Of a stretch of DNA of 64,000 nucleotides, positions 1 through 12,390 are shown piece by piece. The DNA lies in the NCBI GenBank assembly GCA_034780895.1, contig JAUZTB010000127.1:68708503-68772502 (forward strand), read 5' to 3'. Under the pieces are notes generated by a model. It did no database searches, had not been told where the DNA came from, and saw only the letters and a list, made by a program, of their open reading frames with translations. The position numbers and the translations under genes are program-made. Each line of letters starts with the position of its first letter. The stretch's first letter is position 1. Origin of the DNA: Rhynchobatus australiae (Eukaryota).

Positions 1-360
1 GATGTAACTTTTACCACCACCTATTCCCATCATGCAGGGACCCAAATAGTCCTTCCAGGTGAAGCAACATTCATTTCCACTTCTTCCAATTCAGTGTATT
101 GCATTCAGTCCTCTCAGAGTAGTCTCCTCTACATTGAAGTTAAATACAGATTAGGTGACTACTTTGTAAAGCACTTCTATTCAATGAGCAAGGGAACTTG
201 GTCACCTGTCACTTTAATTCTCTGTTCCACTTTCACTCTGAGATGTCTTTGGGCTTCTACACTGTTCCTACAATGCCCAATGTAAGCTTGAGGAACAGTC
301 TCTTCTCTTTCAGCTGTGCACATTACAGCCCTTAGAACTTAATTTAGCAATTACAGATAA
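1..360 (+). mobile_element. Penelope-like element fragment (GIY-YIG endonuclease region)
   Basis: VYCIQSSQSSLLYIEVKYRLGDYFVKH resembles Penelope VYCIxCxxCxLLYIGETKRRLGDRFAEH; related copies at about 4300, 21640 and 38960. Confidence 0.7.
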
Positions 361-1099
361 CCATCCTTTTATCCACAGAAATAGCTGCACCTTTCTGTCT
401 CAATTTATTTCTTCCTGTTTGTATCTNNNNNNNNNNNNNNNNNNNNNNNNNNNNNNNNNNNNNNNNNNNNNNNNNNNNNNNNNNNNNNNNNNNNNNNNNN
501 NNNNNNNNNNNNNNNNNNNNNNNNNNNNNNNNNNNNNNNNNNNNNNNNNNNNNNNNNNNNNNNNNNNNNNNNNNNNNNNNNNNNNNNNTCTACTGCTTGA
601 CCTTCTGTTTTGCATTTTCTATTTTGGATTCCCAACACCTGCAATTTTTGCTCGTTTTGTTATCACTGGATTTGCTGTGGCTTTTCATGCAGTTTTGATT
701 CTTTCCGTTAGTGACAGGTAATAAACCAGAATACTAACTAGTAAAATAAATTGCATATGTTTTTTGTACAGTGATTAGAATTAACTGGAACTCATTGTCT
801 GGTTTAAGTCCTGTTCACACCCTATGTCCACTTTATAGTCTGCATGGAGTTACGCTTTAAATTAAAAATCCAGTCAATCAGAAACCATTATGTACTTTGT
901 TTTTGTCTGTAACAATTTTCAAACACACAAAGGTTAATATTACTCATTAATAGTATTTTCACTGCCTAATATATGATAAAGTGGCTTGGAAGTTACAATA
1001 ATATTGTTTGTAAGAGATTCTGTATCCAGCGTCAGTTGCCCTTTGAATGGGGAGGCAGATGGGAATCAATAGAATATGTACTGGAAAGGCTAGCTTCAC

Positions 1100-1750
1100 T
1101 TAAAGTGATTGATCAATTGGGATACATTCTTGGTTGCTGTGGGAATAAGGGACAAAATTTTAGAGGCACTGGCCATAACCTTCCAAACATCTATAGAATC
1201 TTGTGGGGCTCTTGAGGATTGGAAAATTGAAAATGTCACGTGATCAAAAGAGATGTTGGAATAAACCCAGAAACCACAAACCAGTCAGTTTAACTTTGGC
1301 AGGGAAAGTTCTAGAAACAGTAATTGGGACATAATTAACATTCCCTTGGACAGGTATAAATTAATTAGAGAAGCCAGCATGGATTTGTTACAGGCAAATC
1401 AAGTTTAACTAACTTGTCAGTTGTTTTGATGAAGTCATAGAGAGTCATTGAGGAAAATGCAGGTAATGCATCATATATGAACTTGTGAAAGGCATTTAGT
1501 GAGGTGGAATATAACATTTATATTAATAATATTGAAGGCCAAGGAATCAAAGGGGCTGAGACAACACAACTGACTTACTAAACACAATAGCATGAGGATT
1601 TTTTTGGATGAGGGAAGTGTACTCAAGGTTAGTGCTAGTACCACTGCTTTTCTTTATATCAATGATTTGGACTTGGGTGTGAAGAGCATAATTTCCAACT
1701 TTACAGATGATAGAAACTGCAGTTGTAGAAAACTGTAAAGAGAATACGAA
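1100..1750 (+). mobile_element. Degenerate CR1-type LINE ORF2 (RT) fragment
   Basis: Remnants of QHGFVxGKSxLTNL, AF, YINDLD and ISxFxDD motifs, with stops and frameshifts. Boundaries approximate. Confidence 0.7.
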
Positions 1751-1978
1751 TAATAGAATTCAGGGACTAAAAAGAACACCCTGTGAGATCTCTCGATGTT
1801 TGCTGGTGAGTTTGGTGGAAGAGTGCATATTTTATCAATTGTGAACAAGTGTACTCTTTATTCTAAAAGGCTCTAAGTCAAGACTTAATCTATGCACAAT
1901 TTTTCAAGAATACTCTTTCAGAAGTTTTCCCTTGTGATCGACAACTGTGCCACTGATTACGTTTATTTTGTCATCTTG

Positions 1979-1987
1979 TTCCTTAAC
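1979..1987 (+). promoter_or_regulatory. U12-type branch point of OCRL intron 1
   Basis: Perfect TTCCTTAAC ending about 10 nt before exon 2, followed by purine-rich sequence rather than a pyrimidine tract. Confidence 0.75.
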
Positions 1988-1997
1988 AATTTGAAAA

Positions 1998-2077
1998 GCT
2001 GTCAAAGGCTCTGAACTAAAAGATGGACAGAAAGTGCCCATAGTTTTGTATCTCATTGAAAACAATGGTGACTATAA
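1998..2077 (+). CDS. OCRL: OCRL exon 2 (PH domain): AVKGSELKDGQKVPIVLYLIENNGDY(N)
   Basis: Aligns to human [26 protein letters not shown]. Donor aa|gtaagt; phase 2 joins exon 3. U12-type branch site TTCCTTAAC at 1979-1987. Start is 1998 or 1999. Confidence 0.8.
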
Positions 2078-3439
2078 GTAAGTATTAGCGTGTTGTTTGG
2101 TTTTGTGTATTTNNNNNNNNNNNNNNNNNNNNNNNNNNNNNNNNNNNNNNNNNNNNNNNNNNNNNNNNNNNNNNNNNNNNNNNNNNNNNNNNNNNNNNNN
2201 NNNNNNNNNNNNNNNNNNNNNNNNNNNNNNNNNNNNNNNNNNNNNNNNNNNNNNNNNNNNNNNNNNNNNNNNNNNNNNNNNNNNNNNNNNNNNNNNNNNN
2301 NNNNNNNNNNNNNNNNNNNNNNNNNNNNNNNNNNNNNNNNNNNNNNNCTCGATGTTCCTACTTGGAATAAATGTACATTAAGAGTGAGTTTAGTGTTCAG
2401 AGTTTGAATCCTATTGTCAATGAAACTTCTACTTATAACTCCCTTTGAGCAAACTCCTTTACTGAATCGTACATCTGTTCAGGTAGATTGGAATCTACTT
2501 GTACCATCCTTGCTGGGAGGTGAACAAAGTATATACAAAAAAAAGCTGCCCCCAAGTGGAGGAATTGCTTGTTAGGGGATTGGGCACTTTCCCTGACCGA
2601 TTCTAAAATAAGGACTGGTTTAGGAGGAAATTTAACTTTGATTATATCTGCTGTGGTGAAATTTTTAACTGGCTGTATGCAAAAAAAAAACAATAGTCAC
2701 AACAGTTACCTGTTATGACCAATTCTGCATTTAAGTGTTATGTTTGATACTGCACTTACTTTGTCTTGTCCAGCATTTGTTCACTAAAGGAATCATTTTT
2801 TTTATTTTTGAAGGCTAAGGCTTCCACAATATGCAAGGTAGCCAATAGATTATCGGTGGGTTCACGACTTGTACCAAAGCACTTTAGAATATAAATTCCC
2901 ATCTGCTTGAGAAGGGCCACTGTTAAAATTTACCAATTTAAAAATTCCATGTGGTTTTGTGATATCAGTGCTAACCTTATTTGATCNNNNNNNNNNNNNN
3001 ACATAAAATTCTTTCATAATGGTCTAACACTAATAAGCATATGGGAAGAATTAATTTTGGTTTGTGTAGTAATAGTAAAGCTGACAGTTTCTGTTCTTTA
3101 AAAATCTGAATATCCTTGTGGGTAGCATAAAGTCAAAGTACACCAGCCCTTCTGTTCAGGACATTTGTCCTCTTTCTGTTCTCAGTGAGTCTAGCAGTAG
3201 AGTTGGTAGAATGTACTGCAATACATTTCACAGGTGCGGAAGTCACAGATGAACTGATATGTGAGGATTACATTGCCAGTGTTCTGTACAGAATCTCTGG
3301 CCCCAAATAAATACACTTCCACCAAATGTATTATTCCCTGGAAAATGCATGCAATATCTACTGTAGGCTTTGCTTACAAAGATGGAAAAAATTATACTTC
3401 ACAACCAATATTATATTTTGGCTTTAGCCTGATTGTAGC

Positions 3440-3710
3440 AAAGTCAAAGTTAAGTTTATTGTCATGTGCACAAGTGCAATGAAAAACTTAATTGTAGCAG
3501 CATCACAGGCACATGGCATCTGCTACACAACATTCACAAGAAAAACATAAATCATAAATTATACAAGAAAGAACAAGTCCATTGTTGTGCAAAATGATCA
3601 TAGTGTTGCTATTACTGAGATAGTGGTTAGGGTTGTGCAGGTTGGTTCAAGAACTAAAGGGAAGTAGCTGTTCTTGAATCTGATAGTGTGGGACTTCAGG
3701 CTTCTGTACC
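3440..3710 (-). mobile_element. Rex1/Babar-like LINE 3' remnant
   Basis: Shares the tttattgtca...gctgttcttgaatctg...cttcaggcttctgtacc pattern with the copies at 47661 and 49280. Confidence 0.5.
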
Positions 3711-4299
3711 TGTGGCACTGTTGCCTCCATCAGTTATTATTCATCTTTAGGGACATGGATGTCACTCGCAAAACCAGCATTTACTTCCCATCCTTAATTG
3801 TCCCTCAGATAGTGTGGTGAGCCATCTTCCTCGTCAAACAGTCCTTCTGATATGGTAATTCCACAATGCTGTCAGTTAGGGAGTTCCAGGATTTAGATAT
3901 GAAGGAACAGCAATGTATTTCCAAATCAGGATAGTTTGTGACTTAAAATTAAACCTTCATAATTAGTGTTATATGACCTTTGATTGGTACTGTCCAATTT
4001 GATCTGATATTAATACAGTATAATCCTGAATAGCTGAATTTTCCACATCTCATTCTTCTAAATTCCTATAAGCATCGGACAATTTTACAGTCTCTTGTAG
4101 AATGCTCTCATCTCCTTGGAATCAACGTGGTGAGTACAAATCAAGCATATTCTCTTAGCAAACAGAACTAAACATCTCTGTGCTCCACATTAGATCTTGT
4201 CAAACCCATGTACAATCTCAGCAAGATTTCTGTACTCCAATTACCTACTCTCCCCCACAATAAAGATTAAATGACATTTGCCACATTAATTGCTCAGCT

Positions 4300-4560
4300 G
4301 CATTTTGTTGGAACAGTGTAGGAACCGAAAGACAAATCAGTGTGGGATGGACATTTAAAGTGACATGCAGCTGGAAACTCACTCTACCATTGTGGACTGA
4401 ATGAAGGTGTTCTGCAAAACAATTACACAATCGGTGTTAGTTTCCCCAGTGCAGAAGAGATTGCATTGTGAGCATCAAACCCTAAAATAAATGGCATGAA
4501 GTATGAGGAAATCACTGCTACACCTAAAAGGATTCCTGAATGAGTGGAAGGAAGAAGGTA
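4300..4560 (-). mobile_element. Penelope-like fragment
   Basis: Minus-strand FAEHLHSV, as in the other GIY-YIG remnants. Confidence 0.55.
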
Positions 4561-4641
4561 TTGTGATATAGAGAGAGAGATTGGGGTGCAAGGCCCTAGC
4601 TCCCTGAAATGGGCAACATAAGTGGATATGGTGGTAAAGAA

Positions 4642-5208
4642 GGGGAGGACAATGTCCATCCTGATTTTGGCATTGGGGGTGGTGCTGCTCAGAGGGAAAG
4701 TAGGAGAGACATCTTTATTATGAACTGGAGAGGAGCAAGGGTGCCAGCACCAAGAATCTTTGGATGAGATATTAGAATGAACCCTATTTACCCTCTAATT
4801 ACTGAAGAGCACCAGGAGAATTATGCATCGGGCAATATTTATCCCTCAATAAACATTTGGGAAAATTAAATTTTCCAGTTAAATAAATCTGGAATTAAGA
4901 AAAAAATATTAAAGGTGACCGCAAAGCTATCAAATTATCATGCAAACTAGTCTGTTCCATTAATGTTTTCATGGAATGAAATCTGCCATCCTTCTCTGTC
5001 TGGCCTGTGTGACTCCAGCCCATGAATGCAATTAGCATTTAACAGCTCTGTCAATTTGGAATGGACAATGAACGATGACAATGTCCACATTCCATTAAAA
5101 ATAAAAACAATATAGGTTATTTGGCTGCTGGGTTTCCTTTTATTATAAACAATTCAAAAGAAATGTATCGGGTGAGTGGTATTAAGTCAGGAAAAGTTGC
5201 TATCAAAA
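4642..5208 (+). repeat. Left arm of an intronic inverted duplication (partner 9377-9928)
   Basis: Colinear by-eye match to the reverse complement of 9377-9928, with substitutions and small indels. Confidence 0.9.
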
Positions 5209-5699
5209 CTAATTTTTTTTTACTCAGTTTTATCCTTGAATGAAAATGATACAGGAAAGATTTAATGCTTGCACTAATGTCGACATGTATTATTGAGCAC
5301 TTTTCAATTGCATTCCTGACTATGTAAACTTTAGCATCGTTTATTTAACTTCCATTTTAAGTTTCTAATATTCTGTATTAAGCTTTTGTTATTTTTCCAT
5401 TCTGATCTCATTTACTAATTTCAGGAATTATGTTAAGAGGTTAGCTATGATATGAAAAGAATTCATTGTAAAGATTTATAGACTGCTGTCTTTTAATTAA
5501 CCAACTTGTATGATGTGATTATAATACAGCTGTTATGGCTCTACCAGCATTATTTAATAGCTATGTACTATGATTTGGTTTCACACATTATATTTCAGGA
5601 GGCAACAGTAAAATAGTGAAAACAGGATAAAGCTGATTTGCAATGCGTTTTTGCTGAGATTCTGACCTAAACCATTTCTCAAATAAATTTAGGAAGTCT

Positions 5700-7150
5700 C
5701 AGTTGAGTTCCCAATAAACATGTCATTACAGGAAAGTGTTATCTTTTTAATGCAGTCAGGTTCAGTATAGCAGAAATGGCTGACATGAGGAATTTGTGTT
5801 TTGGGGAGTAGGTTCTTAGAACAGTGAGTTCTTGAGTCAACCACACAGTAGGATCTACGAGTCCTGGTATTGTGCAATAAGATAGGATCAATTAATGATC
5901 ACATAGTGAAAGCTATCCTGAAATGAGAGAAGAACGAGTTCAAGTCTGGTATTTTAAACCTGTAGCCGATCATGAAAGCAGAAGTACCTGAAGTGAACTG
6001 ACTAATAAGGTTAAGGGATTGGTGATGCAAGGCAGACATTTAAGGGAATCTTTCTGAATAGGTGCATAAAAATAAGACAAAAAAATAATTCCAGTGGTAC
6101 ATCCCATTATCTGTGGTTAATTAAGTTAAAGGCTATGTAGAAGAATTCATGGTAATTGGGCAAGGTNNNNNNNNNNNNNNNNNNNNNNNNNNNNNNNNNN
6201 NNNNNNNNNNNNNNNNNNNNNNNNNNNNNNNNNNNNNNNNNNNNNNNNNNNNNNNNNNNNNNNNNNAGAAGAATTCATGGTAATTGGGCAAGGTCAATAT
6301 GATTTTGTGAAAGGGAAATCAATTTTGATCAATTTATTAGATCCCTTTGAAGAAATAAAATATTTCTATATCTTTCATAGGAGGCCATTCAGCCCACCGA
6401 GACTGTCTGCTCAGTCACACAAAAGGAAGAAACATAAACTTGCACAAAAACAGGGTGGTAGTTCAGACATTATTAATGAAAACAAGAAATGATGACTAAA
6501 AGATTAAAAGGAAGGAAAATTTACAAAAGGAAAAAAGTTCAAGCTGAGGCTATACAGATGTAAAAATAAGAGTTCCTATTAGATATTTAAGAAAAAAACA
6601 TTAACAAGATATTGGTCCTTAAAGTGAGTTTGCTGATTTTTTTAATGAAAAATAGTTATTGAGATGGCAGATGAATTAAACTGTATTTTTGCATCAGTTT
6701 TCTCTATGGAGGATGCAAGTAACATCCCAGATACAGATGTGAATCAGGAATTGGAAAAGGGAGGTGATTAGGAGAATGAGTGGCTGGAGTTATAAGCTAA
6801 GATCTGTGGGTCCTGATTGACTTCTTCCTAGGGTCATTCAGGACTCAGGAACATTAACTATCTTACTAGCCTCTTTTTATTATATTGGTTTCAATTTTCT
6901 AAAATTCTCTTGAATAGTGGAAGGTTCCATTAGATTCAAAATTAGCAAATGTAACTTTGCTAAAAAGGAGGGAAATAAGAAGCAGGAAACTATAGGCCAG
7001 TTGGTTTGACATGTCATTGGGCATAAAAAAACTACTGTTAAAGGCTATGTCAAAGGACATTAAGAGGAATTCATCATAATTGCACAAGGAATGTGGTTAT
7101 GCAAAAGGAAAATAAATTTTGACCAATTTATTCAAATTCTTTGAAGAAGT
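5700..7150 (+). mobile_element. Degenerate CR1-type LINE ORF2 fragments
   Basis: Remnants of LNxxFASVF, PGPD, PxDxKxANVT, NYRPV and GFxKGKSxLTNL. Boundaries approximate. Confidence 0.65.
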
Positions 7151-7169
7151 AAAAATGTTTTTTTGTTTT

Positions 7170-7470
7170 CATATTTGCTCATGACATAGGATAACATTCA
7201 GCCTATTGAGACCCTCTGTTTCCAGAGGTACCCCATCAAATCCCACTCCCTCACTTATTTTCCTGTAACCTATTCTCTCTCTCTCGTTCGTCGTCGACTT
7301 CTTTAATTCTCCTACCACAGATTTAACTAGAATTAATTTACAATTACCAATTAACTACCAACCAGCTCATCTTCAGGATATGGGAGGAACCACTGCACCC
7401 AGGAGACAGTCACCTGGTCCAAGGGAGGACATGCAAATTTCATACAAACAAGATCAAACCTGGGTTGCAG
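7170..7470 (-). mobile_element. SINE (V-SINE/HE1-like), reverse orientation
   Basis: Reverse of the core seen at 18610-18960 (ggatatgggaggaac...gcacccaggaga...gggaggacatgcaaat). Confidence 0.6.
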
Positions 7471-8404
7471 GATTCATTTTTTTGAATCTGGCTTTTTTAA
7501 ATTTTAAATTTATTAATTTTAAATTACGCAGGTGGGATTTGAATTCATTCCTCTAGATCATAGGTCCGGAACTCTGGCTGATAGTGGATGTTTGCTATGT
7601 AGTTTAATATCCAGGTTTACTCTTTGTCTATAGTATTTTTAAAAAAGTTTACTTTTTGCCAGCAGCAATATTTTGAATCTATAGTATTTTTTGTGTTGCA
7701 ATAATTCTCTCTTGAGAGGAAAAGGATGCTTCCTTAATATGGCGGTGTTCTGAGCAGAACAAGAGACAGCTAATGTGCTTAATGTAGCCCTCAAAGGATA
7801 TGTATTCATTGTGGTAGGAGACCAAATTGTATGAATTGCAATTATCATTGGCATGAAGTTGTTCCTCAGCTATTCCTATATTTCTAGATTTTATGGATCC
7901 CATAGCTTGGGTGCTATGTTCCATTTTGTATGTANNNNNNNNNNNNNNNNNNNNNNNNNNNNNNNNNNNNNNNNNNNNNNNNNNNNNNNNNNNNNNNNNN
8001 NNNNNNNNNNNNNNNNNNNNNNNNNNNNNNNNNNTGTTTCCGCAAATCAGCAGGAACGTCGCAAAAATATATATCATCATGCACGAAAAAGATTACACAA
8101 ATAAGCCTACCATTAATATCCACGGTATCTACCCCTTTTCTGACACCTACAGGACAATCCAGTATCTCCCAGCCTGAAATCCAGTTCTTCGCTAATAATT
8201 AGCAGCACGCGTACCAATCGCCATTACAGAAAAAAAAGAAAAATTAAGACAGCTCTCAAAACCAAATGCTTTATATACTAAGTATTTCCTGGCTGTTGCA
8301 TGTTAGAATACCGAAGAGCTTTGTGATATGTGGGTTTTGATGTCTGATCACTGGGGTTAACTGTGCATATTTTAAGCATTTACAGAAAAAGACATTGCTT
8401 AATA

Positions 8405-8800
8405 CAGTAAACTCTTATTTATCTGGTATATGCATTCTGGAATTCTTATGAAAAGTTCTAATAGTCAGCAATTTCATAATTTAAAAAAACTTAAATGTGG
8501 CATGCTGGCTTCCAATGCAATTTTGTTCATACACTGTCTGCCATCAGCCTACAGTGCAGCAGCCTACCCTCAGTCCTTCACATGTGTTTACATAAACTAC
8601 TGTATTTCTCCCATCTCATCCACTATGTTGATAAGAATACTCCTGGCAAAAGTACAAAGCAGAATCATGTTGTTCTAATGTTGAACCAGAAAATGGAAAT
8701 ATGTAAAAGACTAGAAAAGGGTGAAAATAAAAATGTTCTTATGAAAGAATTCAATATTGCTTCTTTAGTAATATACAACATTAAATCACAAAGTACAACA
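8405..8800 (+). mobile_element. Tigger/pogo DNA transposon remnant with the CENP-B-like N-terminal HTH
   Basis: TA|CAGTAAACTCTTATTTATCTGG terminus; peptide VVLMLNQKMEICKRLEKGENKNVLMKEFNIASLVIYNIKSQ resembles Tigger/TIGD/JRK N-termini. Confidence 0.75.
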
Positions 8801-9376
8801 CTTGAGAATGGTGTTGAAATCTTCAGTATTTGTTTCAACTGCTCCCATTGGTAGCAAGTTCCAGATTCTTGCCTCAGTAAAGAGATTTTTAAATTTCCTA
8901 TTGGATTTCTTGGTGACTATCTTGTATTGATGGCCTCCAGCTGTTCTCTTTTCCACAAGTGGAAATATTCTCTCTATCCAATAATTTCATAACTTTAACG
9001 GTCTTAATAATGTCATCTCGCATCTTTCAAGAGAAGGGACCCAGTGTTTTCAATGACTTGGTTAAGTTTATTATCTAAACTTAGAAAACATAGCCATCAG
9101 AGGGATTTGACTGGAATCTAGTTTTATATTCTTTTAATTATATAACCTTCAATAGCATAAAGCATTATGTATTTAAATGTTAAACATGTATGCAATGCTT
9201 TCTGGAACAAGGATGAACTGCTTGTGTATATCTTGTCTTTGTTTCACAAAGCCTTTGAACTCTGATCATAGTAATACCAAAGGAACTTTTACATGATGTT
9301 ACACAGAAAGAAGCCCCAGAAATATTGCACTCTGGAACTGCTTTGGAATGTCAACCTAAGAAAAAGGGAAATTTCA

Positions 9377-9928
9377 TTTTTATAGCAACTTTTCCAGTTT
9401 AATATCACTTATCTGATGAACTTCTTTTGAACTGTTATAATAAAGGGAAATCCAGTAGCCAAATAACCTATATTGCTTTTAGTATTTACTGGAACATGGG
9501 CATTGTCATCATTCGGTGCCCATTCCAAATTGCCTGACTGGGCTGGAATCTCACACAGGCCAGACTGAGAAGGATGACAGATTTCACTCCATGAAAACAG
9601 TGATGGACCGACCAGACTAGTTTGCATGATAATTTGATAGTTTTGTGGTCACCTTTAATATCTTTTTCTTAATTCCAGACTTATTTAACTGAATTTAATT
9701 TTCTCAAATGTTTATTGAGAAATAAATATTGCCCCCAATGCACAGTTCTCCTGGTGCTCTTCAGTACTTAGAGGGTAAATAGGGTTCAATTTAATATCTC
9801 ATCCAAAGATTCCTGGTGCTGGCCCCATTGCTTCTCTCCAGTTCGTAATAAAAAAATGTCTATCTCGCTTTCCCTCTGAGCAGCACCATCCCCCAATGCC
9901 AAAATTCAGGATGGACATTGTCCTCCCC
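9377..9928 (-). repeat. Right arm of an intronic inverted duplication (partner 4642-5208)
   Basis: The reverse complement begins ggggaggacaatgtccatcctgaattttggcattgggg, matching the sequence at 4642. Confidence 0.9.
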
Positions 9929-10759
9929 ATCTATCCTCCATCTGAAGTTATTGCCAACATGTTTCATCCCATTTGCTTTTAAAATTCTAAAAGGAACTTA
10001 AACCATCACATGACCCTTCATCCCCTTCCTGACAACAGATCTCAAATAACATTGTTCATTGAGTTGTTTTTCCAATTACTCTGACTATATACAAATATAG
10101 CAAAAAGCACTATTTTCCCACACCACTCCTACCTTTTAAAAAAAAGTTTTCTATCTGCATTAAGCTTGGGTTTGTAGTTCCACAGGAGCACATTGAAAAC
10201 TGCAATTCATTTTGTTTTTCTTTCATCTCTCGCTCTCTCTCCCCACTTCCCACACCTTTGTCTTTTTCTGCAGGATCTAGAACATTCTGGCTCCTATCTG
10301 CTTATTATAGTTGCATGGTAGGAGGATACAAACAATTCCCTTGTTATATTTCATTCAAGCAGCTGGATTTTCTTGCACCAAGTGACTTCCCCAATTTGGG
10401 CTGGTGGCTGATAAATCTTCCTTTCTGAGGAAACCTTACAAAGATTTCTAGCATTAATCCACCAGTTCTTTGGGTAAGGTTTAGTGATATGTTTTGTTCA
10501 TGTTAGTCAATTGCTATTTCTATGGCTCCATATTCAAATTGGTGAAAAAGAAACATTTAAAGAAAATTAGAAACTTTTTGGAATTTGTCGTACCTCCTAC
10601 ATGGGAAGTGTTTAGTGCTTTAAAAATATAACCACTTACTCTGCTTAATTGTTCCATATTGCTAATTAGCAAGAATCAAATCTCTTTAGAAATTATCATT
10701 AAATATTTTACTTCAACGTTACCATTCATGATTTTAAATGCAGTTAATGCTTAAATTTA

Positions 10760-12390
10760 AGAGCCCCAAAATAAAATATGATAGATGTCGGAAAGCTGAA
10801 ATGAGACAAACTGCTGGATGATTATTTGATAATAACGAAGAAAATAGTAGAATGTGAAAAGACTGGTCAAGGAAATGGCAAATGGCATTCAATCTAGAAA
10901 TAGTAATACATTTGATAACGTGATTGAGTTGGCAAAAGTTCCTTTGCAAGCTAAATCACAGGGTATAAGAGGAGGGAAGTCATGCTAGAAATTCAGTAAA
11001 CATTGTTACTTAAAAATACTAAAACCAGTTCTGATCAATACTTTTCAAAAAAAGGTGTAATACCACTTAAGACAAAACAAATTATGAGGTTATTGCCAAG
11101 GAAAGTTCATCTAAGAATAAGTATTAGAGTTGTTTTTCTCAGAATAGAGGCTGAAGGGAGATCTACTCAATATATAATTGCCTGGTTTAGTTAGGGTGAA
11201 TAGAAGGGGCTTGTATTTCCCTTGGATGAGAGGTCAAAAATTTAGGGGCATAAATTTTAAGATAATTGGAGCTGAGATCAATGGTTGGACCCCAGTTAAT
11301 CATGATCTATGGCAATGATTTGGCTGAAGGAATCAAATGTCATATTTCCAAGTTTGCTGTTGATACAAGACTAGGTGGAGGGTGGATGTAAAGTGGTTTC
11401 TAGGAGATACAGACATGCTGAGTTAGTGGTCAAGAACATGACGGATGCAATACAATATAAATAAAGTTAAGTTAATTATTTTGGCACAAAGCTAGAAAAG
11501 CAGAGTATTTTAAAATGGTGAGAGATTGAGAACATTGATATTCAAAGTGAACTAGTTGTCTTCCTCCACAAGTTGCTGAAATCTAGCATTCAGATCGAGC
11601 AAGCAGATAGGAGACCAGTTATAAGAGGATTTGAGTACAGAAATAAAGATGCCTCACTACAATTATATAGGGCCTTCATGAGGCTAGACTTGGACTATTG
11701 TGTCCAGTTTTGGTGTCCTTGTCTGATTCCAGGGATTGTCGGTTTGCCATATGAGGAGAGATTTAGGGACTGGGACTTTGTTCTCAAGAATTCAGAAGAA
11801 CAAGGGAGAACTAATTGAAACTTATAAAATTCTTACAAGGCTTGACAAGCTGGATGGAGGGAGAATGTTTCCCCTGGCTGAGAGGTCTGGAATTGGGTCG
11901 TAGTCAGAATAATGAGTAGGACTGAATTGAGGAAAAATTCTTCCGTTCAGATGTTGGTAGCCGTTTGGAATTCTGTAACTCAACAGGGTATGGAAGCTCA
12001 GTCGCTGAGTTCTTTCAAAACAGGGACAAATGTATTTCTAGATATTAAAGGAATCGAGAGATAATACAGATATCGTGCAGTAAAATAGCATTGAGGTACA
12101 GGATCAGCTGTGACCTCAATGAATGGTGAACTGAGCTCAAAGAGCAAATGCTCTACTTCTATTTCTTATCAAAAGAGGGAAGTTGAAAGAAAATTTATTT
12201 TGCTCAAAGAATGGTGTAATCTGGAACTCACCACCAGAATTTCCATTAGAAGCTGAAGCCCTCATCACATTTGTAAAGTATCCCGGATGAGCATGACAGA
12301 CTTGGATTTAGGAAGTGCATTTTTAGATTGGCATGGGTGTAGTGGGCAGATGGCTTTCTCCTGCACCATACAGTTTTATGATCGTATTAC
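10760..12390 (+). mobile_element. Nested degenerate CR1-type LINE RT and 3' end fragments
   Basis: ISKFA-DT, WxMxFNxxK and LQLYRAxxRxxLDYCVQFWxP (ORF 11573..11818), followed by typical 3' tails. Confidence 0.8.

Noticed and set aside
6139-6294. Exact direct repeats flanking 100-N gaps (also near 34150/34262, 36956/37102, 39750/39859, 50637/50757, 54117/54274)
   Set aside because: Identical sequence on both sides of fixed-size gaps is the signature of unmerged overlapping contig ends, not target-site duplication or real repeats.
8640-8800. Domesticated TIGD/JRK-like gene
   Set aside because: Only a short HTH fragment downstream of a TIR, with no DDE domain; it is a transposon remnant.
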